Below are positions 1 through 10,840 of a stretch of 41,764 nt of DNA, one piece after another. The stretch is from Mobula birostris (Eukaryota). Position 1 is the stretch's first letter. Each line of letters opens with the position of its first letter. The position numbers and the translations under genes are program-made. The stretch is from NCBI RefSeq assembly GCF_030028105.1, contig NC_092370.1:207062005-207103768 (forward strand). Direction: 5' to 3'. The notes under the pieces were generated by a model, which saw only the letters and a list, made by a program, of their open reading frames with translations, was not told where the DNA came from and ran no database searches.

Positions 1-350
1 TGCAGTGATTCCATCAGAGCTACTATAAAAAATACAACAGATTCATACTGATGCACTATAAAACTACCTAAAATTACTAAACAGTTAATATTTTCTGTAC
101 TGCCAGGTTGGTCCTTAGCCAAGGTTGATTTCATTCAATTTCCTAAAAAAAAACACAAATAAATATCCCTCTATCATAAAAAGTAAGAAATGGGGCATTA
201 CATTCAGTGCCCTTCAGATATATAACAGATCTTGTCACATGCAACAAATCTTAGAATATATTCTGAATTGTGCTGCAAGCAAAGAACATTTGTACCTTAC
301 AACATAATTTCTAAGATTAATCACTTTTCCTCGGCATTCAACATTAATAA

Positions 351-386
351 AGTCCTGATGAAGGGTCTCGGCCCAAAACGTCGACT
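351..386 (+). ncRNA. minimal type I hammerhead ribozyme (G12>A, probably impaired)
   Basis: AGTC-CTGATGA-AGGG-TCTCGG-CCC-AAAA-CG-TC-GACT. Stem I is AGTC/GACT, stem II is GGG/CCC, and stem III is the palindromic ACGT. GAAA is mutated to AAAA. Confidence 0.75.
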
Positions 387-490
387 GTACCTCTTCCTAG
401 AGACGCCACCTGGCCTGCTGTGTTCACCAGTAACTTTTATGTGTGTTGCTTGAATTTCCAGCATCTGCAAATTTCCTTGTGTTTGCGTTT
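351..490 (+). mobile_element. Penelope-like element (PLE) 3' terminal fragment
   Basis: Homologous to the tails that follow the GIY-YIG ORFs at 10743-10840 and 26002-26130 (GTCCTGATGAAGGG...CCTGCTG...TCCAGCATCTGCA). Confidence 0.8.
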
Positions 491-850
491 ACTTTCACAC
501 GAGTGCAGTTGTAACATTCATGAAGCTCAATACGATCACTTGAGACTCCATCTCCCACTGTAATAAATCACTACTTCCAACCAGAAACAACTGAACAAAA
601 CAGTAACCAAAATCTTAATAGATGAAAAGAGATGTAACAAATTTATTCTGTCAATGTTTCCCTTTGGTATTGAGGAAGGTATCACTTAGCAAGTAAATAA
701 CATTCCCAGAATGATACAGGTTTCCCCCGCCATCCGAAGGTAGAGCGTTCCTATGAAATGGTTCATAAGCCAGAATGTCATAAAGAAGCAATTACCATTT
801 ATTTATACGGGAAAAATCTGTGAGCGTTCGCAGACCCAAAAAATAACCTA

Positions 851-1106
851 CCAAATCATGCCAAATAACACATAAAACCTAAAATAACAGTAACATATCG
901 TAAAAGCAGAAATGATATGATAAATACACAGCCTATATAAAGTAGAAATACTTCTCTACAATCACTGCCGCACTGTTCTCCATAGCGAAAATCTCACGCA
1001 AGCACTCTCAGCAGAAACACTCTCTCCAGTAACCTTTAAGCTATGAAGCTGCCAAATCATACCAAATAACACATAAAAATACGCAGCCTATATAAAGTAG
1101 AAATAA
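851..1106 (+). repeat. internal direct repeat in the Tigger subterminal region
   Basis: CCAAATCAT.CCAAATAACACATAAAA and CAGCCTATATAAAGTAGAAATA each occur twice (about 851-949 and 1052-1105). Confidence 0.85.
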
Positions 1107-1280
1107 TGTATGTACAGTGTAGTATCACTTACTGGAATCAGGAAGACAGCGCTGAACACACTGATGATGGTGTGTTAGGCCGAGTCGTAGGAGGTTGGGG
1201 TGGTGCAGTGATCCCAACCTCCAGGCCGCGGACCGATACCGATCCACGAAGCATACAGCGGTGCAGCAGTGGCCGGGACA

Positions 1281-1478
1281 CACCCAGCACATCTTTAAGA
1301 AAAAAGCCGAAATAAACAAGCTAATTAATTAGGTACCGCCCAGCACGTAAATGTCGGCCAAGATCAGAGGTGACTCAATCGGCAATCGCCTCTGATCTGG
1401 GCCGACATTTACGTGCCGAGTGGCACCTAATTAATTAGCTTGTTTATTTCGGCTTTTTTCTTAAAGATGTGTTGGGTG
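1281..1478. repeat. long inverted repeat (hairpin) inside the Tigger element
   Basis: Arms 1281-1373 and 1386-1478, with 7 mismatches in 93 bp by hand alignment and a 12-nt loop. Weaker pairing extends to about 1204/1552. Confidence 0.95.
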
Positions 1479-2589
1479 CATCCCCGCTACCGCTGCATTC
1501 TCCACGGCAATGTATCAGTCCGCGGCCCGGAGGTTCGGGTGGTGGGACACTGGGGTGTCATCTTATCATCATCTGTTTCCACCAGGGCAGCCAGGTCATC
1601 ATCTTCTATGTCTGCCTGCCTTGATGTCGAAGGTCAAGGTTCGTTGTCTGCTGTGGAAGGCTTGAAAAATGACAGTATGCTGGACTGCTTAGCCTCGCGC
1701 ATTTTTCTATCATACAGTTCTTTGTAAGCACTCAAACCATCCTGCAAACCTACGTACCCTTTCAAAATTAAAGTCGTACTTTTCTGCAATCATTACAGCG
1801 AAAATCTCACGCAGTTGCTTCACGTTCAGTTCCTGGACGACTTCACTTTCAGTCCGTTCGCTACTCCATTCGGTTTCGATTGTTATCCTTTCCTCTTCCA
1901 ATTGCATCAGCTCTTCATGTATCAGTTCTTGGTCATGGGATGTCAAAACCTCTTCAACATCATCTTCATCAACTTCCACAAGCCAAACTCACTTTGTCCT
2001 TATTTCATTCACCACGATTGAAACGCTTAATTATGCCTAGTTTTACGCGAAGTATAACACCCTTACGAGCTCTTTTAGGCTTTTCCGATACCTTAGAACT
2101 CATCTTGCTAATGGCTGCTCACAGGCACGTGTTTAAGCAATGCCGGCTAGAATACAGTTCTGGGGGAGGAGCTTGGCTGCTTGGGGCGCGCGCTGCCTTT
2201 TTTCATAACAGTGAAAACACCTTCTGTTAGCGAAAACAGGTAACTAATGTAGGTCTTTTGTTAACAGCGAGGTTTCATAAAGCGAACGTTTGAAAAGTGG
2301 GGAACACCTGTAGACCGACTCTCCACATTCAAATTCACACATATCCTCCTGTGTTGCAGTTCGAGTTGCCCCTACATGTCCTTTGACATACAATCTTGAA
2401 CACATGCTCTACATGTTCAGCCCTCCATGCAAGCATGTCCAAATGCAAAAGCCCAAGAGAATCTGGGTGGCAGGCTGTTCCATTACCAGCACATAATCTT
2501 CCCACTCAGCTACTACTCATTGAATCCAGTAGTGGAGAACTGCGATAGAACAAAGGGTCAGCTTTATGCCTAAGATACCATTCACATAA

Positions 2590-2812
2590 TTGTAGACAAC
2601 TCCAATGCCCTTGAGTTCTCATCAACTCATGGCAACCCCATGGATAATGTAGTTGTCCATAGAGTTTTCATGGCAAGATATGGAAGGTAGATTGCCAGGC
2701 CTCTCTTCCACACAGATACCGCTGCTGCCCAGGTTGAGACCTGGTTGGATTCGAAATCAGGACCATCTGCCTCAAAGTCCATCGTTAATGCCACTACACC
2801 ACTGGCCAGCCC
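2590..2812 (-). mobile_element. tRNA-derived SINE
   Basis: Minus strand starts GGCTGGCCAGTGGTGTAGTGG (A box), followed by GATTTCGAATCC (B-box-like) at tRNA-like spacing and then a non-tRNA body. Confidence 0.7.
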
Positions 2813-3184
2813 ATATAATTACTTACTATAATTCTGCAGCATATTAAATAGATGACATGTTTTTACTACTTTATATCATTTACATCTATTTGGTAGTTAA
2901 GTGCTTCTCTGCGACACATTTAAAACCACTTCAAAGCCTTTTAAAAGTAATGTCCTAGGATGGGACCTATTCTTCAAGAGATGTCCGTTAAGGGCAGGAG
3001 AACTTTGCGAGCCTACCATATCCAAGCACATTAGCACATTTGGGCACAAGGTATGATGTGGTTGAAGACTGGACCAAGACCAAATTACTAATTTCTTGAA
3101 CTCAAGTTTCTGGGAAAGGAAGAATTAATTGAAAGTCATTTCATACCATGGCTCTATTTTGCTATCAAAACTTCCAAATGGGTA

Positions 3185-3395
3185 GCTACAGTTGCTTTAC
3201 CAATGGCGAGAGGAAGAAGCTGTTCCTGAATCGGTGAGTGTGCACCTTCAGGCTCCTGTCCCACCTTCCTGTTGGTAGCAATGAGAAGAGAGCATGTCCT
3301 AGGTGACGGGAGGTTAGGTCCTTTTTGAGGCATTGCTCCTTGAAGATGTCCAGGACGCTACACATGCTAGTGCCCATGATGGAGCTGACTGAGTA
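3185..3395 (-). mobile_element. Rex1/Babar-like LINE 3' fragment
   Basis: HLGHALFSLLPTGRWDRSLKVHTHRFRNSFF matches the C-terminal motif of the other Rex-like copies in the window. Confidence 0.75.
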
Positions 3396-3429
3396 ATCTC
3401 ATACAGCAAAGTAATATTGCAGAAATAAT

Positions 3430-4045
3430 GGTTACATCACTGATGATACAAGAACTATCAGTCTGTCAGTCCACCTGGCCAGGCTCGTATCGTTCAGGAA
3501 GAGACTAGATGACTACCACAAAAAAGAGGCGACAACTGGAGAGATGGCGGACGGCTTCGAAAGACAGAACCAGGACTATAAGGGCTAGCAACCCGAGCTG
3601 CTTCTCCTGTAAAGAAGAACCCATCAAAGCTACGGAACATTCGAAAGTATACCCCCAGGGGAGCCAGGGAGGGGGGTGGGGCGTGGAAGAATGAGAAGCC
3701 AGACTAAACAGACCTGCAGATGAAGACCTACGGTAATGATCAATTGACCACGAGTAGGGAACGTGGCTACGGCAAAGTCTGTAAGAACCCAGATGGTCTG
3801 AGGATCCACCAGGACAAGATGAGATGTCTGAGCAAGGAACAATGGATACAGAGCACAGGAATTACCCCTGGTGAGACGCAGGAGCAGCCAGGCCCAGAAT
3901 CACCAGAGTGCCCAGAACTTCCATGTACCCCAAACCCCAAGCTCAACTATAGCATCAGAACATCACTGGGTGAAGTGGCCTCTGGCAAGCAAGGAGGATG
4001 AGTGGCATCAGTTCGATGACAATGTGGCCATGGTACTTGATGCTT
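3430..4045 (+). mobile_element. 5' relic of a second HERO-type retrotransposon
   Basis: GKVCKNPDGLRIHQDKMRC and VKWPLASKEDEWHQFDDNVAMVLD align with CGKVCKDIRGLKIHQSKSRC and IKWPRLSDNVAWMQFDDDLDGILE of the element at 26553-30377. 5' UTR motifs are also shared. Confidence 0.8.
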
Positions 4046-5693
4046 CCGGGGGGGCATCAGAACCATTTACCATTCTGATAACTTCAAATTGTTTTGATGC
4101 CCAGCAAAATTAATTATAGTAACCTTATCTAATTTTTAATAGACTACTTCATTTCAAAACTGATGCATGCAAAATATTCTAAACAATTGGGCCAGGCAAA
4201 GATCAAGTAGCATTTTGCTATATAACATTTTAGTGTTACCTTAAAATCAAGCCTACAGAAAATGAACTGGGAGTGCAACATTCAAGCAAAACTAAAATTG
4301 ATTTTATTATTTATAAACTACCAAGTCAGTGCTAGTTAAGAATTGGGTATTTTTTTCCATCTGAAAATCTGTAAATGCTTGATGATATAATTTTGTTGTG
4401 TCAGAACTGAGCTTGTATTGAGTCAAAAGATTGCATCACATGGAAATCTTGATAAGTGTTTCATTCACACCAGACTGTAAGGCACTTTAAAAAATGATAC
4501 AAATGGCTCAATAATATCAGCAAAGAGTTTGGCTTCCACCCCTTTAAACTTTACGAGCAAAATTAGAACATATTTAATACACCAGTTCTTGGATTATTAT
4601 TGTCCATATTAAATTGTCTAGTTATAATTGAATTTAATTAAAATATCAGATTTCCAATTGATTTGCACAAGAATATAAACAAACTGAAATTGAACAGATT
4701 TCAAGTATTTCATTATCTTAGCAGTAAAATATTCCGATCTGAACATGCTGCATCAATTTGTTTTGAATAACTAACCAAAATATGGTCACTTTCAATTAAC
4801 TGATCGTACAAGTCAAAACATGTGAAAATCATTGGTATTCCTCATGTGAAATTACCTATGTAGGATTGAAATGCTCAAAGTCAATGCAACAGCAAAATGT
4901 CTGGTGCTAAAGTCCATATCCTTGTGTATGGATTGGTTATATTGACGTTTTCAACATATATTCTTCCGGCCACATAATTACCCGATTGGCTTTCAACTAC
5001 TTTTATTCAACACCAGTAATATAATTATTACAGCTCTGTAAAAAAAAAGCTCAGAATGCCCCAAGGTTCAAAGTGCTTGCAGAGGCTTACATCAGAAATT
5101 TTCAAATGTAGTGCAGATGGACTGCTCACTGTTGTTTCCTTTGCCTTGACTAGAGAACGAGAAAGCCGCCAATGATTTTGGTCTTACCAGCTCATCTGAC
5201 CTCACTTGTAAAAAAAAGGAAAAGAGGCTTGAAAAACAAGAACATGTATAACTTTCAGTTTCAACATCTTAAGAATCAGCCTCAGGGTTTAAGTGCTTGC
5301 TGCTGTCCTACTTCAAATACAAAAAAATTAGCTATGTAAAGTGTTTGCTCTTATTGCCCTTACTGCTCCATGGACAACCACATGCCACTGGCCTAAATAT
5401 TTTCCAAACTCTTGCAGTGGTTTATGTCAGATTCCACTGGACCAAAGTAAAACAATTCTTCATTCCAGCAACACACAGTTGTAACCACACTACAATCTAT
5501 GCATAATGAACAGGTTCGGTCTCTGTTTGTCCACAAATCAGAAGAAAACATTTTAAAAAGAACACTCAACATGGCAATCATAGCTCCGCAGCATTGTAAT
5601 GAGAGGTAGCGAAAGCAAATAAGATAAGAAACACTTGCTAAAAAAGAGAAAGAGAAAAAAAAAACAGTTCTGCCATTCAAAGGAAAGAATGTA

Positions 5694-6218
5694 CACTCAG
5701 TGGCCACTTTACTGGGTAAACCTGCACATCTGGTCATCAATGCAAATATCTGATCAGCCAATCATGTGGCAGCAACTTAATGCATAAAAACATGCAGACA
5801 TGGTCAAGCAGTTCAATTGTTCAGACCAAACATCAGAATGGGGAAGAAATGCGATCTAAGTGGTTTGAGTATCTCAGAAACTGATTTCCTGAGATTTTCA
5901 CATACAACAGTCTATAAAGTTTACAGAGAATGGTGAAAAAAAACAAAAAAAAATCCAGTGAGTGCAGCTCTGTGGGTGAAAATATCTTATTAATGAGAGG
6001 TTAGAGGAGAATGACCAGACTGGTTTGAAATGGACAGGAAGATAATAGCAACTCAGATAAATATGCATTACAACAGTGGTGTTCAGAACAGCATCTCTGA
6101 AAGGACAATACATTGAACCTTGAAGTGGATAGGCTACAGTAGCAGAAGAGCACAAACAATACACTCAGTGACAATTTTATTAGGTACAGAAGGTACCTAT
6201 TAAGGTGGTCACTGAGTG
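5694..6218 (+). mobile_element. non-autonomous Tc1-like element
   Basis: TA-CACTCAGTGGCCACTTTA ... TAAGGTGGTCACTGAGTG-TA. Degenerate transposase N-terminus (MGKKCDLS...FSHTTVYKVYREW). Extra left-type TIR at 6162. Confidence 0.85.
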
Positions 6219-6314
6219 TATGTTTGCATGTCAAACTTTTAAATTCAGTAATATCATGGCAGCTCTATTGTACATTTGGATGTCCATAAATTATGCATTC
6301 ATAAACTGCAGACA

Positions 6315-6700
6315 GCTTATCCAGGTCTTGCTCTCTTCTCATTGCTACTATTGGAAAGGAGGTACAGAAGTCTTGGGTCCCACACCACCAGGTAAAGGAA
6401 CAGTTATTACCCTACAAATATCAGTCTCCTTAGACAGTGTGGATAACTTTATTCACCACAACTCTGAACTGATTCTACAACCACTTTCAAGAACTCTTTA
6501 CAATTCATGTTCTCAGTATCAATATATTTTTTTTAATTTGCACAATTTGTCGTCTTTTACACAATGGTTGTCAGTCCTTGTTTATATACAGTTTTTCCTA
6601 AGTTCTACTGTATTCCTTTATTTTCCCGTAAACGCCTGTAAGAAAATGAATCTCAAGATATTAGGTGGTAGCATAACTTTGATAATAAATTTTACTTTGA
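6315..6700 (+). mobile_element. Rex1/Babar-like LINE 3' end
   Basis: GCTCTCTTCTCATTGCTAC...GGAGGTACAGAAG (ALFSLL...RRYRSL), then an AT-rich tail with AATAAA. Confidence 0.65.
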
Positions 6701-7166
6701 CTGGAAAAGGATTGAATTACTCTACTGCATTGGTTCTGATCAACAGTAAGATCATTGGAGATTTTGATTTAAAACAACATGGCTTGCATTTATTTGATGT
6801 ACTGAAATTTCGGAGGCAATTACCAGCAGCGTCATCAAACAGAATTTCACACTCAGCCATTAGAGGAAAAATGAACATAAATATAACTAAAGTTTTAAGG
6901 ACTGCTTTGAAGCAGAGAAAGAAAAGTGGACAAATTAATTTAGAAGGGGAATGTTAGGGCCCAGGCAATTAGACAACGATTAAATCATAAGATATACAGT
7001 ACTGTGCATAAGTCTTTAACATATACAGTGGCATGCAAAAGTTTGGGTATTCCTGGTCAAAATTTCTGTTATTGTGAATAGTTAAGAGAGTAGAAGATGA
7101 ACTGATCTCCAAAAGTCATAAAGTTAAAGATGAAACATTCTTTTCAACAGTGTAAGCAAGATTAGT

Positions 7167-7323
7167 CAGTGGTGGAGGGAAATACACTAGTGAAATTTAA
7201 GAGACTACTCGACAGATATATGAAGAAATTTAAGGTGGGGGCTTATATGGGAGGCAGGGTTTGAGGGTCATCACAACATTGTGGGCCGAAGGACCTGTAC
7301 TGTGCTGTACTATTCTATGTTCT
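7167..7323 (+). mobile_element. 5'-truncated CR1-type LINE tail nested in the Tc1
   Basis: Ends GGGCCGAAGGACCTGTACTGTGCTGTACTATTCTATGTTCT. Flanked by the TSD ATTAGT at 7161-7166 and 7324-7329. Confidence 0.8.
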
Positions 7324-7533
7324 ATTAGTGTATTATTTTTGTTTTGTACAATTTTAGTTTGGGCACCAAGAGATTTGAGCTCTCAGATAACTTTTACCAA
7401 GGTCTCAGACCTTAATTAGCTTGTTAGGGCAATGACTTGTTCACAGTCATCGTTAGGAAAGGCCAGGTGATGCAAGTTTCAAAGCTTTATAAATACCCTG
7501 ACTCCTCAAACCTTGTCCCAACAATCAGCAGCC

Positions 7534-8470
7534 ATAGGTTCCTCTAAGCAGCTGCCTGGCACTCTGAAAATTAAAATAAATGATGCCCACAAAGCAGGAG
7601 AAGGCTATAAGAAGATAGCAAAGCGTTTTCAGGTAGCCATTTCCTCAGTTCGTAATGCAATTAAGAAATGGCAGTTAACAGGAATGGTGGAGGTCAAGTT
7701 GAGGTCTGGAAGACCAAGAAAACTTTCCGAGAGAACTGCTCGTAGGATTGCTAGAAAGGCAAATCAAAACCCTGTTTGACTGCAAAAGACCTTCAGGAAG
7801 ATTTAGGTAGTGCACTGTTCTACTGTGCAGCGACACCTGTACAAATATGACCTTCATGGAAGAGTCATCAGAAGAAAACCTTTCCTGCATCCTCACCACA
7901 AAATTCAGCATCAGAAGTTTGCAAAGGAACATCTAAACAAGCCGGATGCATTTTGGAAACAAGTTCTGTGAACTGAGGTTAAAATAGATCTTTTTGGCCG
8001 CAATGAGCAAAGGTATGTTTGGAGAAAAAGGGGTGCAGAATTTCATGAAAAGAACACCTCTCTAACTGTTAAGCATGGGGGTGGATCGATCATGCTTTGG
8101 GCTTGTGTTGCAGCCAGTGGCACGGGGAACATTTCACTGGTAGAGGGAAGAATGAATTCAACTAAATACCAGCAAATTCTGGAAGCAAACATCACACCAT
8201 CTGTAAAAAAAAAAGCCGAAGATGAAAAGAGGATGGCTTTTACAACAGGATAATGATCCTAAACACACCTCAAAATCCACAATGGACTACCTCAAGAGGC
8301 ACAAGCTGAAGGTTTTAACATGGCCCTCACAGTCCCCCGACCTAAATATCACTGAAAATCTGTGGATAGACCTCAAAAGAGCAGTGCATGCAAGACGGCC
8401 CAAGAATCTCACAGAAGTAGAAGCCATTTGCAAGGAAGAATGAGCAAAAATTCCCCAAACAAGAATTGAA
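7534..8470 (+). pseudogene. Tc1 transposase pseudogene (DDE type)
   Basis: GEGYKKIAKRFQV paired-like [19 protein letters not shown] and [15 protein letters not shown]. Start codon is ATA, with internal stops and a frameshift. Confidence 0.9.
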
Positions 8471-8875
8471 AGAAAACAACAGGAATTCTGCAGATGCTGG
8501 AAATTCAAGCAACACACATCAAAGTTGCTGATGAAGCCACACTCAGGTTGGAGGAACAACACCTTATATTCCGTCTGGGTAGCCTCCAACCTGATGGCGT
8601 GAACATTGACTTCTCAAACTTCCGCTAATGCCCCACCTCCCCCTCGTACCCCATCTGTTATTTTTATACACACATTCTTTCTCTCTCTCTTTTTTTCTCC
8701 CTCTGTCCCTCTGACTATACCCCTTGCCCATCCTCTGGGTTCTCCCTCCGCCCCCCCCCATCTTTCTCCCCAGACCTCCTGTCCCATGATCCTCTCATAT
8801 CCCCTTTGCCAATCACTTGTCCAGCTCTTGGCTCCATCCCTCCCCCCCGCCCCCATCTTCTCCTATCATTTTGGA
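8471..8875 (+). mobile_element. PLE fragment with inverted terminal segment
   Basis: About 8471-8530 is the reverse complement of the PLE tail seen at 428-485. It is followed by plus-strand LRLEEQHLIFRLGSLQPDGVNIDFSNFR* and a pyrimidine-rich 3' region. Confidence 0.85.
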
Positions 8876-8959
8876 GCAGCGTAGTTGCTAAATATTTGAT
8901 TTTTATATGTTGTGGGAACATTTCAATAATGAAATGAAGTTGAGTTAAGTTATCACCTT

Positions 8960-9910
8960 TAGTTCAAGTGCCTGATGGTTGAGGGTGATAACTAGTCCTG
9001 AGGCTCCTGTACCTTCTTCCTGATGGCAGCAGCAAGAAGAAAGCATGTCCTGGGTAGTGGAGGTCCCTAATGATGGATGCTGTTTTCCTGCAACAACACT
9101 TCATGTAGATGTGCTCAGTAGTGGGAAAGGCTTTACCTGTGATGGACTGGGCTGTATCCACTACTTTTTGGAGGATTTTCTGTTGAAGGACATTGGTGTT
9201 TCCATACCAGGTTTGATGCACCTCAGACTGCCCAAGAAAGAAGTTAAAGATCTCAGTGAACACTCCAACCAGTTTATTACAGGTTTTTAGTATTTGGCCA
9301 GGTACCACATCTCCACCAGATGCTTTTCGTAGGTTCACCATCCTGAAGGCTGCTCACACGTCAGCCTCAGAGATGGAAATTACAGGATCATTGGGGGCTG
9401 TGGGTGTTCATGATGGCTCCTCCATGTTTTGACAGTCAAAGCAAGCATAGAAGTCATTGAGCTCACCTGGAAGCAAAGCCCTGGTGTCAGCTAAGTTGCT
9501 TGATTTAACATTATGAAAGGTAATAGTATTCAAGCCTGCCACAATTGTCCTTCACTGATTCAGGTTTAGTCCCGAATAGCCATTTTACCCTTACGATGGC
9601 TTTCCGGAGATCATACCTGGACCTCTTGTAACTTGCTTGGTTACCAGACTTGAATACCTCTGATATGGTCTTCAACAGATTGTGGATCCCATGGTTCATT
9701 GGGGGCTTCTGGTTGGGGCAAGTCTCTGAATGATTTTGGGGGACACGTTTACAACTGTTCTCATAAGGTCCATAACAACCATGGTGTATTCAACGAGGTC
9801 TACAGATGAGTCCTTGCACACAGCCCAGTCCACCAACTCGAAGCAATCCTGTAACTGCTCCTCTGCCTCCCATGACCACCTCTTTATTATCCTAATCCCT
9901 GGTGCTTTAC
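8960..9910 (-). mobile_element. Rex1/Babar-like LINE, multiply deleted
   Basis: WSWEAEEQLQDCFELVDW, NLRKASGGDVVPGQILKTC and HAFFLLLPSGRRYRSLRT are collinear with the copy at 11779-14432. Confidence 0.85.
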
Positions 9911-10194
9911 TTTGGTCTCTGCCTGTGTGCAGGCAGAAGACAGCCAGCCAAGTGATCTGATTTACCAAAATGTAATCTGGGAATAGAATGTTAGGCATAC
10001 CTTATCTTAGTATAACAGTGGTCTAGTGTCTTGAAACCTCAGGTGCTACAGGTTATACGTCAAAGGTAATTGGGTAGAGTTTTCTTCAAAATTCCTAGTT
10101 GGAAGTCTGCGGCTATGATTTGAAATGCACTGGAATAGACAATTTCTTGTTTAGAGACACCATCATGCAGCATCTCAAGTGCCTGATTATAGTC

Positions 10195-10840
10195 AGCTGC
10201 TAGTTGGGTTATCTGCTATATCTAGTACTGCTGGTGTGGCCTCCAGTATATAGATGAGAGCCAATACAGATTGGGAGACGGCTTCACTGAGTATCTATGC
10301 CCCTTCCGCCAGAAAATGTGGGATCTCCCAGTGGCCACCCATTTTAATTCCACTTCCCATTCTAATGTGTCCATCCATGGCCCCCTCCACTGTCGTGATG
10401 AGGCCGTACCTAGGTTGGGGGGAACAACACCTTATATTTTGTTTGGGTAGCCTCAAGCCTGATGGCATGAACATCATTTTCTCAAAGTTCCGGTAGTGCC
10501 CCCCACCCCACTTCCTCTTCACCATTTCTTATCCCCTTTTCCCCCTCTCACATCTCCTTGCCTGCCCATCACCTCCCTCTGGTGCTCGTCCACCCTTTTC
10601 TTTCTTACGTGGTTTTCTGTCTCTTTCAACAATCAACTCTCTAGCTCTTTACTTCATCCCTGCCTCTTCAGGTTTCACCTGTCACCTTGTGTTCACTCCC
10701 CGCCCCCCCCCCACCTTTTAAATCTACTCAGCTTTTTTTCTCCAGTCCTGCTGAAGAGGTTTCTGCCTGAAACATCCACTGTACTCTTTTCCATAGGTGC
10801 TGCCTGGCCTGCTGAGTTCCCCCAACATTTTGTGTGTTAT
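10195..10840 (+). mobile_element. PLE GIY-YIG end and terminal repeat
   Basis: Degenerate QYIDES.YRLGDGFTEY and EQHLIFCLGSLKPDGMNIIFSKFR*. Decayed hammerhead at about 10743-10781 (CTGCTGA...TGAAACATC). Confidence 0.85.

Larger units (their letters stand above)
717..2310 (-). mobile_element. Tigger/pogo-type DNA transposon, internally deleted non-autonomous copy
   Basis: TA flanks at 715-716 and 2311-2312. Imperfect TIRs CAGGTTTCCCCCGC / CAGGTGTTCCCCAC. Minus strand has a CENP-B-type N-terminus MSSKVSEKPKRARKGVILRVKLGIIKRFNRGE (ATG at 2103) joined directly to the acidic C-terminus EVDEDDVEEVLTSHDQELIHEELMQLEEE, with no DDE core. Confidence 0.85.
7026..8470 (+). mobile_element. Tc1 transposon, 3'-truncated
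   Basis: Left TIR TA-CAGTGGCATGCAAAAGTTTGG. The transposase is cut at about 8470 by PLE sequence, and no right TIR was found. Confidence 0.9.

Noticed and set aside
1125-1727. Two ORFs starting MFISAFFLKMCWV on opposite strands
   Set aside because: An artefact of the inverted repeat, not duplicated genes.
6205-6957. 250-aa ORF
   Set aside because: It runs from a Tc1 TIR through a Rex tail into AT-rich DNA with no recognisable domain, so it is likely a chance ORF.
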